Origin: Thermobaculum sp.
Lineage (GTDB): Bacteria > Chloroflexota > Chloroflexia > Thermobaculales > Thermobaculaceae
Direction: 5' to 3'
Assembly: GCA_042408415.1 (NCBI GenBank)
Contig: JBHORE010000003.1
Coordinates: 6,156-70,155, forward strand
DNA: 64,000 nucleotides
Shown: in pieces, positions 41,593 through 49,666 of the stretch
How the letters are laid out: the number at the start of each line of letters is the position of its first letter
Numbering within the stretch: position 1 is the stretch's first letter
Program-made: the position numbers and the translations under genes
The notes under the pieces: model-generated
The model's input: the letters and a program-made list of their open reading frames with translations, nothing else
Databases searched by the model: none
Told to the model about the DNA's origin: nothing

Positions 41593-42945
41593 ATGGCCTT
41601 AGTAGATGTCCAGCCCGATGTTCTGCAACGCATAAAGGAAACTATAGAAAGAGAAAACATCAAATTCATCAACCTACAATTTACAGACATAATAGGTATG
41701 GTAAAGAGCGTAACCATACCTGTATCCCAATTCGAAGACTGTGTAGAACACGGAAAATGGTTCGACGGATCCTCTATCGAAGGTTTCGCTCGTATCGCAG
41801 AAAGTGACATGCTTCTTGTTCCCGACCTTGAGACCTTTAGAGTTATACCCTGGGAAAGAGGCGAGAACGCTGGAGCTAGAATTATATGCTGGGTCAGGGA
41901 GCCTAATGGCTCTGAATTCCCTGGAGATCCCAGGGCAGCTCTCAAAAGGGTAGTCGAAGAAGCTAAGGCTTTGGGCTATGACTTCATGACTGGTCCAGAG
42001 CTAGAATTCTTCCTATTCAAGCTATCTGATCTCGAGAAGACTGAAGTACTACCTCATGACAAAGGCGGTTACTTCGACCTAACCACCGATCTTGCATACG
42101 ATGTGCGTAAAGATATGGTAAACGCCTTGGAAGACATAGGTATAAAGGTAGAGACCAGCCATCACGAAGTAGCTCCAGGTCAACACGAGATAGACTTTCA
42201 GTATGATGCTGCCATTCCTACTGCTGATGCTGCGGTAACCCTTAAGTACACCCTGAAGGCGATTGCGGAGCGTCACGGTCTTCACTGCACTTTTATGCCA
42301 AAGCCTATTTACGGCGTCAACGGATCAGGCATGCATACTCATCAAAGCCTATTCAAGGATGGTGAAAATGCGTTCGCAGATCCTTCAGACACCTACGGGC
42401 TGTCGAAGATCGCTAAGCACTTTATAGCTGGACAGCTGGCTCACGCCCGTGCTATGATCGCGGTTCTAGCTCCCACCGTGAACTCCTATAAGCGTCTTGT
42501 ACCAGGTTACGAGGCTCCTGTGTACTTATCGTGGGCAAGAGTAAATCGATCGGCGTTAATCAGAGTACCTAAGGTAAGCAAAGGTCAACTGAAGGCTACG
42601 AGGGTAGAGTTGAGATGTCCAGATCCAAGTGCTAACCCATATCTAGCCTTTGCAGTCATGCTCAAAGCAGGACTGGACGGTATTAAGAGAGAACTGGAGC
42701 CGCCAGATCCCGTGGAAGAGAACCTCTATCTATTTGATGAGCATATGCTTGCTAAGCATGGAGTCGGCACATTGCCTGGTAGCCTGGGAGAAGCGATAGA
42801 AGAGCTCAAGAAAGACGAAGTTATACAGGATGCGCTCGGCGAACATATATATGAGAGATTCATAGAAGCCAAGCAGATAGAGTGGGAAGAGTACAGCAAG
42901 TATGTAACAAAGTGGGAAATAGACCGCTACCTACCTATCTACTAG
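41593..42945 (+). CDS. glnA: Glutamine synthetase, type I-alpha (Bacillus-like)
   Basis: FDGSSIEGFARIAESDM, HHEVAPGQHEI, FMPKP..GVNGSGMH, RLVPGYEAP, NRSALIR; about 450 aa without the GSI-beta insertion; AGGAG SD. Confidence 0.93.
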   Translation: MALVDVQPDVLQRIKETIERENIKFINLQFTDIIGMVKSVTIPVSQFEDCVEHGKWFDGSSIEGFARIAESDMLLVPDLETFRVIPWERGENAGARIICWVREPNGSEFPGDPRAALKRVVEEAKALGYDFMTGPELEFFLFKLSDLEKTEVLPHDKGGYFDLTTDLAYDVRKDMVNALEDIGIKVETSHHEVAPGQHEIDFQYDAAIPTADAAVTLKYTLKAIAERHGLHCTFMPKPIYGVNGSGMHTHQSLFKDGENAFADPSDTYGLSKIAKHFIAGQLAHARAMIAVLAPTVNSYKRLVPGYEAPVYLSWARVNRSALIRVPKVSKGQLKATRVELRCPDPSANPYLAFAVMLKAGLDGIKRELEPPDPVEENLYLFDEHMLAKHGVGTLPGSLGEAIEELKKDEVIQDALGEHIYERFIEAKQIEWEEYSKYVTKWEIDRYLPIY

Positions 42946-42975
42946 GCTATTAGACCAGAAGAAATACCGGCTTTC

Positions 42976-43011
42976 ACGGGAGAGACGATATGTCTCTCCC
43001 GTTTCTGTTTT
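42976..43011 (+). terminator. Intrinsic terminator after the first glnA
   Basis: ACGGGAGAGAC-GATAT-GTCTCTCCCGT followed by TTCTGTTTT. Confidence 0.85.
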
Positions 43012-43066
43012 AGGTTTTTGTGCATGTTGCACAAAAACCTAATCATCTTTGATGGATATTGCACTT
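43010..43066 (+). promoter_or_regulatory. Paired predicted PucR-family operators upstream of the second glnA
   Basis: Perfect TTGTGCA-TGT-TGCACAA (43018-43034) inside a palindrome with 15-bp arms (43010-43042), plus weaker TGATGGA-TAT-TGCACTT (43050-43066); candidate -10 TAAAGT at 43088. Confidence 0.8.
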
Positions 43067-43154
43067 ACAAAGTTTCCTTACGACCAGTAAAGTCATGCAT
43101 AAAAGATAAGACTAAGCGCGTACTGCAGGTAAAAATTCGGAGGTAAGAGAATAA

Positions 43155-44612
43155 ATGGGTAAAGTCTTGATCGAAGAGCAAATCGTTCAGGAAGGAATAA
43201 CACCTAAAGAGGTTATTGCCCGTGCACACGAAGCTGGGGTGGCTATTGTTGACTTGAGATTCGTAGACCTGCTAGGTACTTGGCAGCACTTTAGTATTCC
43301 AATATCCGAACTGAATGAGAAACTGTTTCTGGAAGGAGCAGGCTTCGATGGTTCTTCTATAAGAGGCTTCCAGCACATACATGAGTCAGATATGATACTT
43401 ATCCCCGATCCCTCAACGGCCGTAGTAGACCCTCTACTGAGAGTACCAACCATGTCAATTACATGCTCCGTGTACGACCCAGTAACAGGTCAGCCTTACA
43501 GTAGAGATCCTAGATACGTAGCTCAAAAGGCCGAGAACTATCTTAAGGAAACTGGCATAGCTACTGTTAGCTATTGGGGACCTGAAGCCGAGTTTTATAT
43601 CTTCAACTCAATAAGGTTTGATCAAGACAGCTATTATGGTTTCTATTTTATAGATAGCGAAGAGGGCATATGGAACAGTGGTAACGATGGTGGGGTTCCT
43701 AATCTTGGATACAGACCGAGATTCAAAGAAGGTTATTTCCCTGTTCCACCCACCGATAAGCTTCAAGACCTCAGATCTGAGATAGTACAGAACCTTATAG
43801 CTACCGGTATCGATGTAGAAGTGCATCATCATGAGGTCGGCACTGCTGGTCAAGCCGAGATAGACATGGCTTTCAAATCCCTCACCCGTATGGCTGACCA
43901 GCTGATGATGTACAAATACGTGGTGAAGAATACTTGTTACCAGAAGGGCTATGTGGCTACATTTATGCCCAAGCCGATTTTTGGAGACAATGGTTCAGGT
44001 ATGCATGTGCATCAAAGCCTATGGAAGGAAGATCAAAACCTGTTCTTCAGTCCGGAGGGTTATGCTGGGCTAAGCGACATAGCTAGGTGGTATATCGGTG
44101 GGCTATTGTTACACTCACCGTCTATACTAGCATTCGCAGCTCCAACCACCAACTCATATCGAAGATTAGTTCCAGGATTTGAGGCCCCAGTATACCTCAT
44201 GTACTCAAAGCGTAACAGATCTGCTTGCGTAAGAATACCGATGTATAGTAATAATCCTAAAGCTAAGCGAATAGAATACAGAGCTCCCGATCCTAGTTGC
44301 AACCCATACTTAGCATTCGCGGCGATGCTTATGGCTGGTCTCGATGGTATCAAGAACAAGATAGAGCCTCCATCTCCTATGGATCAGGATCTTTACGAAC
44401 TACCGGAAGAGGCTATTACTAAGCTGCCGTCTGCTCCATCATCACTAGCTGAATCACTCTCTGCACTGGAGAAGGATCACAATTACCTGTTGCAGGGAGG
44501 TGTATTTACCAAGGATCTCATAGAAACCTGGTTATCAATAAAGAAGAAGGAAGTTTCCGAGATAAATAGGAGACCTCACCCCTACGAGTTCTTCATGTAT
44601 CATGATGCGTAG
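43155..44612 (+). CDS. glnA: Glutamine synthetase, type I-beta
   Basis: FDGSSIRGFQ, GSI-beta insertion (IDSEEGIWNSG...GYRPRFKEGYFPVPPTD), HHEVGTAGQAEI, adenylylation-site-like DQDLYELP. Confidence 0.95.
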   Translation: MGKVLIEEQIVQEGITPKEVIARAHEAGVAIVDLRFVDLLGTWQHFSIPISELNEKLFLEGAGFDGSSIRGFQHIHESDMILIPDPSTAVVDPLLRVPTMSITCSVYDPVTGQPYSRDPRYVAQKAENYLKETGIATVSYWGPEAEFYIFNSIRFDQDSYYGFYFIDSEEGIWNSGNDGGVPNLGYRPRFKEGYFPVPPTDKLQDLRSEIVQNLIATGIDVEVHHHEVGTAGQAEIDMAFKSLTRMADQLMMYKYVVKNTCYQKGYVATFMPKPIFGDNGSGMHVHQSLWKEDQNLFFSPEGYAGLSDIARWYIGGLLLHSPSILAFAAPTTNSYRRLVPGFEAPVYLMYSKRNRSACVRIPMYSNNPKAKRIEYRAPDPSCNPYLAFAAMLMAGLDGIKNKIEPPSPMDQDLYELPEEAITKLPSAPSSLAESLSALEKDHNYLLQGGVFTKDLIETWLSIKKKEVSEINRRPHPYEFFMYHDA

Positions 44613-44627
44613 TCCGATCAAATATTT

Positions 44628-44655
44628 CAGGGCAGGGGAATAAAACCCTGCCCTG
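44628..44655. terminator. Hairpin between convergent glnA and PHP genes
   Basis: CAGGGCAGGG-N8-CCCTGCCCTG, 10-bp stem; U-tracts are weak. Confidence 0.7.
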
Positions 44656-44661
44656 GAGTAC

Positions 44662-46422
44662 TTAGCTGACAACCTCAATTGGCTCCTTGGAGGTTGTATC
44701 TTGGGAATCCTCTAGCTCCTCAGCTGGAAGCGCAAATGCCCTCCACGCCCCGTGCAACCCCTCATCGGTCACACCATAATAAACGTGCAGCCTACCATCC
44801 GTGTCCCTCTGCACCAAGTTGTAACGTATCTCATTGCCGCGTCTATAAGTCTTCCAAATACCCATGCCCTCACGCCATTGGATCTTTGAAGGATCAAACT
44901 TTCCGCTCTCATGCTCTTCGATTGCATACCTCCACAACTTCCGAGCAGACCCCCTGGTTACGTTCGTTACAATCGATCCGTTACGCAGGTCCTTCATCGT
45001 ATAGTAGTTGACACCATCTCGAGTAGTATAGTCAATTATCTCAACTCCATTCTTGGGAGGATCATGCAGAGAATGGGTCTGTTGAGGCTGAACGTCTGGG
45101 CCAAAAGACAAGTTTTTTTCAGAATGATATTTGCTAACCAGCTTCACAATATCCTCAGGAGATGCTGGTACAGTAGAAGCATCTTTACGCACCCAGACCT
45201 GAGCCGGCTTCAGAATATAAGGAGGACTGGTTCCATCGGGAACGGACACTATGAGCACATTCTTCCCTTGCGACTGCACTATCTCTACCTTTACTTTGAG
45301 TTTGGGCTGCACCGCAGACTCTACGTACTGCTGAACCCTTTCAGCAAGAGACTCAGGGTTATCTACACCCTTTACTGATCCAGGCTCACGAGATGCGCCA
45401 ATAATTATCCTTCCCCCTCCTCCATTGGCTAAAGCAACAGCATCCTTTGCAACTTCTTCCATCTGTTGCTTTCTGCTAACTAGACGCTCGTAAAACACTA
45501 GCGATGGCCCTGGCCCGGACTGTTGAGCCTGCATGATAACATCAGGTAGAGAGATTTGCTTGGCGGGACGAGTTCGGTCAAAGTCCGTGCTGGTAAGCAA
45601 ATCCCTTATGGCTTCGAAACTAACTTCAGGAAGAAGCATCTCAGTACATCTATCACCTATACCCAGCCTGCCACTTTTATCTGAGGGATCCCTCTCTAAC
45701 CTGTGAGCATCGGAACCTTGTATACAGTGCATCCTCCTTGGGTACTCAGGTTTGGTGCCATTGTAAAACCTAGCAGTAGCTTTTTTACTACGGCTAGACA
45801 GATCGGTAACCTCCAAAGCATGTAGGTTAGGGTCCTGAGTATATGATATTTTGGTTTGCCCTCCAAAATTAAAGTCCTGCATAGCTACCCCATGGTTACT
45901 ATTTGCATGAGCAGCTATCACTAGAGCGCCGGCCCTATTGAGTAGGGAATAAGCTGTCAGGACATCGGTAGTGGCTCCGATCTCGCTAGTGCCCTCATCA
46001 AGCTTCTCTTCGGGAACATTTAGCTCTAGCAATATGTGTTCAAGCTTTCTAATAGAGGTCTCTGGTGGAAATATAGCCAAAATATGGAAACCAAGGGTAG
46101 CTGTAAATTCAAAGCCTGGGAGTACAAGGATTCTAGACAGCAACTGCTCACATTCTTCAAGCTCAGAGGCCTCTGCAGGAGTGAGACGATGAGTATCCCG
46201 CAAAAACCTCAGTATATCCAACCTCCTTCGGAATTCAGCTATACCAACAACGGTATTGTGATCAGTTATAGCTATGGCATCTAGCTGTTTTTCAGCTGCC
46301 TTGCGCAGTATATCTATAAACCTAACGTTCTTATCCAAGTAGCAGAGGGAAGACGCAGGGGTATGGATATGCAAGTCGACTCTAAACCACTTCATCTGAC
46401 TCTTATTTTTTGATTTTGCCAA
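44662..46422 (-). CDS. PHP phosphoesterase + AlbA_2/Schlafen-like domain + unassigned duplicated C-terminal module
   Basis: PHP motifs DLHIHT, AITDHN, PGFE, IAAHAN, QGSDAH; AlbA_2-like AVALANGGGGRIIIG...KGV...PPY...WVR. Confidence 0.82.
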   Translation of the reverse strand: MAKSKNKSQMKWFRVDLHIHTPASSLCYLDKNVRFIDILRKAAEKQLDAIAITDHNTVVGIAEFRRRLDILRFLRDTHRLTPAEASELEECEQLLSRILVLPGFEFTATLGFHILAIFPPETSIRKLEHILLELNVPEEKLDEGTSEIGATTDVLTAYSLLNRAGALVIAAHANSNHGVAMQDFNFGGQTKISYTQDPNLHALEVTDLSSRSKKATARFYNGTKPEYPRRMHCIQGSDAHRLERDPSDKSGRLGIGDRCTEMLLPEVSFEAIRDLLTSTDFDRTRPAKQISLPDVIMQAQQSGPGPSLVFYERLVSRKQQMEEVAKDAVALANGGGGRIIIGASREPGSVKGVDNPESLAERVQQYVESAVQPKLKVKVEIVQSQGKNVLIVSVPDGTSPPYILKPAQVWVRKDASTVPASPEDIVKLVSKYHSEKNLSFGPDVQPQQTHSLHDPPKNGVEIIDYTTRDGVNYYTMKDLRNGSIVTNVTRGSARKLWRYAIEEHESGKFDPSKIQWREGMGIWKTYRRGNEIRYNLVQRDTDGRLHVYYGVTDEGLHGAWRAFALPAEELEDSQDTTSKEPIEVVS

Positions 46423-46480
46423 ATCACATCAACCCCCTAGATCGGTAAGATTTACAATTTCTATTTTTGCCAATTCTAGC

Positions 46481-46519
46481 AAAATAGGGTGCGAGGGTTT
46501 TATGTCACCTCGCACCCTA
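46481..46519 (-). terminator. Intrinsic terminator after lon
   Basis: Minus strand TAGGGTGCGAGG-N11-CCTCGCACCCTA-TTTT, immediately followed by TG-C-TAGAAT (candidate extended -10 for the PHP gene). Confidence 0.85.
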
Positions 46520-46537
46520 CTAATCAAAGCGCTAAGT

Positions 46538-48940
46538 TCAACTACTCTTGCTTTGCACTGACAGATCGTAGCTAGATGTTTCAGTTGGCAGATCTATTGG
46601 AGAATCCGAATTCTCTGCTCTGGGAGCAAGAGCTATCTTTAGCACTTCGTCCATGTTCTCAACCCAGTAGAACTTAAGGTCTCTTTGTACGTTCTTAGGT
46701 ATCAGGTTTAGATCTGGCTCATTATCTTTGGGTGCAATTATGCAGCGTATTCCTGACTGGTGTGCAGCTAGTACTTTCTCTTTGAGCCCACCTATAGGGA
46801 GCACACGCCCTCTTAGAGTAATCTCACCAGTCATGGCCACATCGGATCTCACTGGTCTGTGTGTAAGTGCGCTAATCATAGCTGTGGCCATCGTTATCCC
46901 AGCGCTGGGACCATCTTTAGGCACAGCACCTTCAGGCAAATGTATGTGCCAATCTGTTGTCTCTTGGAAGTTCTCAGGGATATTAAGTTCCTTCGCCCTG
47001 GATCTAGCGTAACTCAGTGCTGCCTTAGCTGATTCCTGCATTACATCACCTAGACGACCAGTGATTATCAACTGGCCTTTTCCAGGTAATGTAGCCACCT
47101 CCACTGGTAGTAGCACACCACCAAGTTCCGTCCAAGCCATACCTATAGCCACACCTACCTGGTCACTGGCATTACGCATATCCTGTATATTCCTAGGCGG
47201 ACCAAGGTATTCCTGTAGCAAGTGAGTAGTAACTCTAATCCTAGAGGTCCTACCTGAAACGATCTGTCTTGCAGCTTTCCTACATATTGCGCCCAGCTGC
47301 CGTTCAAGATTTCGCACTCCAGCCTCACGTGTATAAAAACGCACTATATGTCTCAGCATCTTGTCCGAGATCTCTATGTAGTGAGGCTGAAGGCCATGGG
47401 ACTGTATCTGCTTAGGTAATAAGTATCTTCGGGCTATTTGTACTTTCTCATCCTCGGTATAACCACCTATCTGTATTACTTCCATTCTGTCGAGCAGAGG
47501 ACGAGGTATAGTATCGAGTGTATTGGCGGTGGCTATAAAGAGCACATTAGAAAGATCAAATGGGAGCTCCATGTAATGGTCAACAAACGTCTTATTCTGC
47601 TCTGGATCCAGCACCTCAAGCATAGCAGCAGATGGATCTCCCTTGTAATCCGCACTCATCTTATCGATTTCATCTAGCAACATTACCGGATTATTGGTCT
47701 TAGCCTGCCTTAAGCCATGAATGATCCTTCCAGGGAGGGCTCCCACATAGGTTCGCCTATGTCCTCTGATCTCTGCCTCGTCCCTGACTCCTCCTAGGCT
47801 AATACGCACAAAGCTTCTACCTAAGGCCCTTGCTATGCTCTGCCCCAAACTGGTCTTCCCAACACCCGGAGGCCCCACCAGGCAAAGTATGGGGGTTTTC
47901 GGCTTGTTGCCAGATTTGCTAGTCAACTCTCTTACAGCTAAGAACTCGAGTATTCTTTCCTTTACCTTTTCAAGTCCGTAATGATCCTCATCAAGTATCT
48001 GTTCTGTTCGCCTGATATCATAGTTATCCTCAGTACTATGTGACCAGGGTAACGCTAGTATCCAGTCTAGATAAGTTCTTATAACTCCACTTTCCGGGGA
48101 TGTGCTAGGGGTTCTCTCGAGTCGGTTTATCTCTCGTAGAGCTTTCTCACGAACCTCATCCGGTAAGTTGGAACTCTCGACTTTATCACGCAGTGCCTGT
48201 ATCTCGTTGCCACCTTCACCGCTCAACTCATCATGAATAACCTTGAGTTGCTCACGCAGATAGTATTCCCTCTGGCTTTTATCTATCTGCTGTCGAACTC
48301 GCGCTCTTATACGTGACTCGAGCTCTTCGATTTGAGAAGAACCCGTAAGCATAATGGCCAGGCGCTCCAACCTGTCCATAGGATGAAGAATATTCAAGAA
48401 TTTCTGCCTTTCCTGCCAATCTGTAATAAGGATATTCCCCAAGTAGTCTGCCAACTCAGAAGCTGAGGAGAATGCTTCCAGTTCGTTCCTGACGTCGCTC
48501 GGAGACTTGCCCTTGGACTCAACATGCTGGGCATAGAGATCTACTACGTGATCGATCATTAATCTCTCTACAGAAGATGTGGTCTCAGGCTCCTCGACAG
48601 GTGAAACAAGAGCTCTATATCCTTTTTCGGACACCTCCACTCTATGCAGGTTAACTCGCTTCAGGCCCACAACCACAACCTGCATCAACCCCTCTGGTAG
48701 CCTTTCCCAGTGGCGCAACCGCACTAAGGTACCTATGCGGTTTAGTCCTTCTGGAGAGGGATCGTCCTCATCACCGTTTCTCTGAGCACTAGTAACGAGC
48801 AGACAGTCTCTGGCTATGGACCACTCCGCGGCCTCAAGAGATTTTGGCCTCCCTATCGTAAGTTTACTTTCAGTCCCAGGTAAAATAACCGTTCTCTTGA
48901 GTGGCAGAAGTGGATAAACATCGGCAGACTGCGCATACAT
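46538..48940 (-). CDS. lon: ATP-dependent protease La
   Basis: LON N-domain, GPPGVGKT, DEIDKM, PKDGPSAG (catalytic Ser), GGLKEK. Confidence 0.97.
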   Translation of the reverse strand: MYAQSADVYPLLPLKRTVILPGTESKLTIGRPKSLEAAEWSIARDCLLVTSAQRNGDEDDPSPEGLNRIGTLVRLRHWERLPEGLMQVVVVGLKRVNLHRVEVSEKGYRALVSPVEEPETTSSVERLMIDHVVDLYAQHVESKGKSPSDVRNELEAFSSASELADYLGNILITDWQERQKFLNILHPMDRLERLAIMLTGSSQIEELESRIRARVRQQIDKSQREYYLREQLKVIHDELSGEGGNEIQALRDKVESSNLPDEVREKALREINRLERTPSTSPESGVIRTYLDWILALPWSHSTEDNYDIRRTEQILDEDHYGLEKVKERILEFLAVRELTSKSGNKPKTPILCLVGPPGVGKTSLGQSIARALGRSFVRISLGGVRDEAEIRGHRRTYVGALPGRIIHGLRQAKTNNPVMLLDEIDKMSADYKGDPSAAMLEVLDPEQNKTFVDHYMELPFDLSNVLFIATANTLDTIPRPLLDRMEVIQIGGYTEDEKVQIARRYLLPKQIQSHGLQPHYIEISDKMLRHIVRFYTREAGVRNLERQLGAICRKAARQIVSGRTSRIRVTTHLLQEYLGPPRNIQDMRNASDQVGVAIGMAWTELGGVLLPVEVATLPGKGQLIITGRLGDVMQESAKAALSYARSRAKELNIPENFQETTDWHIHLPEGAVPKDGPSAGITMATAMISALTHRPVRSDVAMTGEITLRGRVLPIGGLKEKVLAAHQSGIRCIIAPKDNEPDLNLIPKNVQRDLKFYWVENMDEVLKIALAPRAENSDSPIDLPTETSSYDLSVQSKSS

Positions 48941-49052
48941 AAGTCAAACCCCTAACTCATAAACCATATAAAGTTACGTCTTCTAGATAAGCTCGATACT
49001 AAGAGCTATAACTAAAAATCAAGCAAAAATCAGCAGTACAAGTTAGTAATAC

Positions 49053-49082
49053 ATTATAAAAACCGATAATTCCGCGCGCCAA
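49053..49082 (-). promoter_or_regulatory. Candidate lon promoter TTGGCG-N18-TATAAT
   Basis: Minus strand TTGGCG CGCGGAATTATCGGTTTT TATAAT within a 243-bp AT-rich intergenic region. Confidence 0.5.
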
Positions 49083-49183
49083 TATATAACTAGCTCTAGC
49101 CGATAGCTTTTGCTTTATGTATAGTTTATCTAATCAAAGTTAAACTATCGTTATAGATAAATGACTTTAGCATTACTATTCTG

Positions 49184-49666
49184 TCATTTGGTTTCGACTT
49201 TGTATTCCCCGTGTACACCACCTATCTTTTTAAGGAGCCGAATATCCCCTATAACCATGCCTCGCTCGACCGCCTTGGACATATCGTAGATGGTTAAAGC
49301 CGCAACGGATACCGCAGTTAGAGCCTCCATCTCAACTCCGGTTTGAGCTTCTGTTCTAACTATGGATACTAATCGTATCGATGGGGGATCCTCAATAAAC
49401 TCCAAATCCAGGTTAACCGAGCTAAGAGCAATGTTATGACACAAAGGTATTAGTTCCCAAGTGCGTTTAGCAGCCATGATACCTGCTAACTTGGCTGCAG
49501 ATATCACAGAGCCCTTCGGTAAATTACCCTGCCTTATCTTTTGAAGAGTATCCAGACTCATGTACACTGTAGCTTCCGCCATGGCTTCTCTATGCGATGT
49601 GGGCTTGCTTCCCACATCAACCATATGTACATCCCCTGAAGAATCGATGTGCGTAAGATCATCCAT
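49184..49666 (-). CDS. moaC: Cyclic pyranopterin monophosphate synthase
   Basis: LTHID..G.VHMVDV, AAKRTWELIPLCH, TGVEMEALTA, TIYDMSKAV; ATG 49666 with GGAG SD. Confidence 0.95.
   Translation of the reverse strand: MDDLTHIDSSGDVHMVDVGSKPTSHREAMAEATVYMSLDTLQKIRQGNLPKGSVISAAKLAGIMAAKRTWELIPLCHNIALSSVNLDLEFIEDPPSIRLVSIVRTEAQTGVEMEALTAVSVAALTIYDMSKAVERGMVIGDIRLLKKIGGVHGEYKVETK

Noticed and set aside
43010-43042. Long palindrome as a terminator or mobile-element end
   Set aside because: A canonical terminator lies just upstream, and the palindrome core recurs at the other two promoters, so an operator fits better.
43067-43154. Glutamine riboswitch in the glnA leader
   Set aside because: No convincing paired stems; CGGAGGTAAG is explained as the SD.
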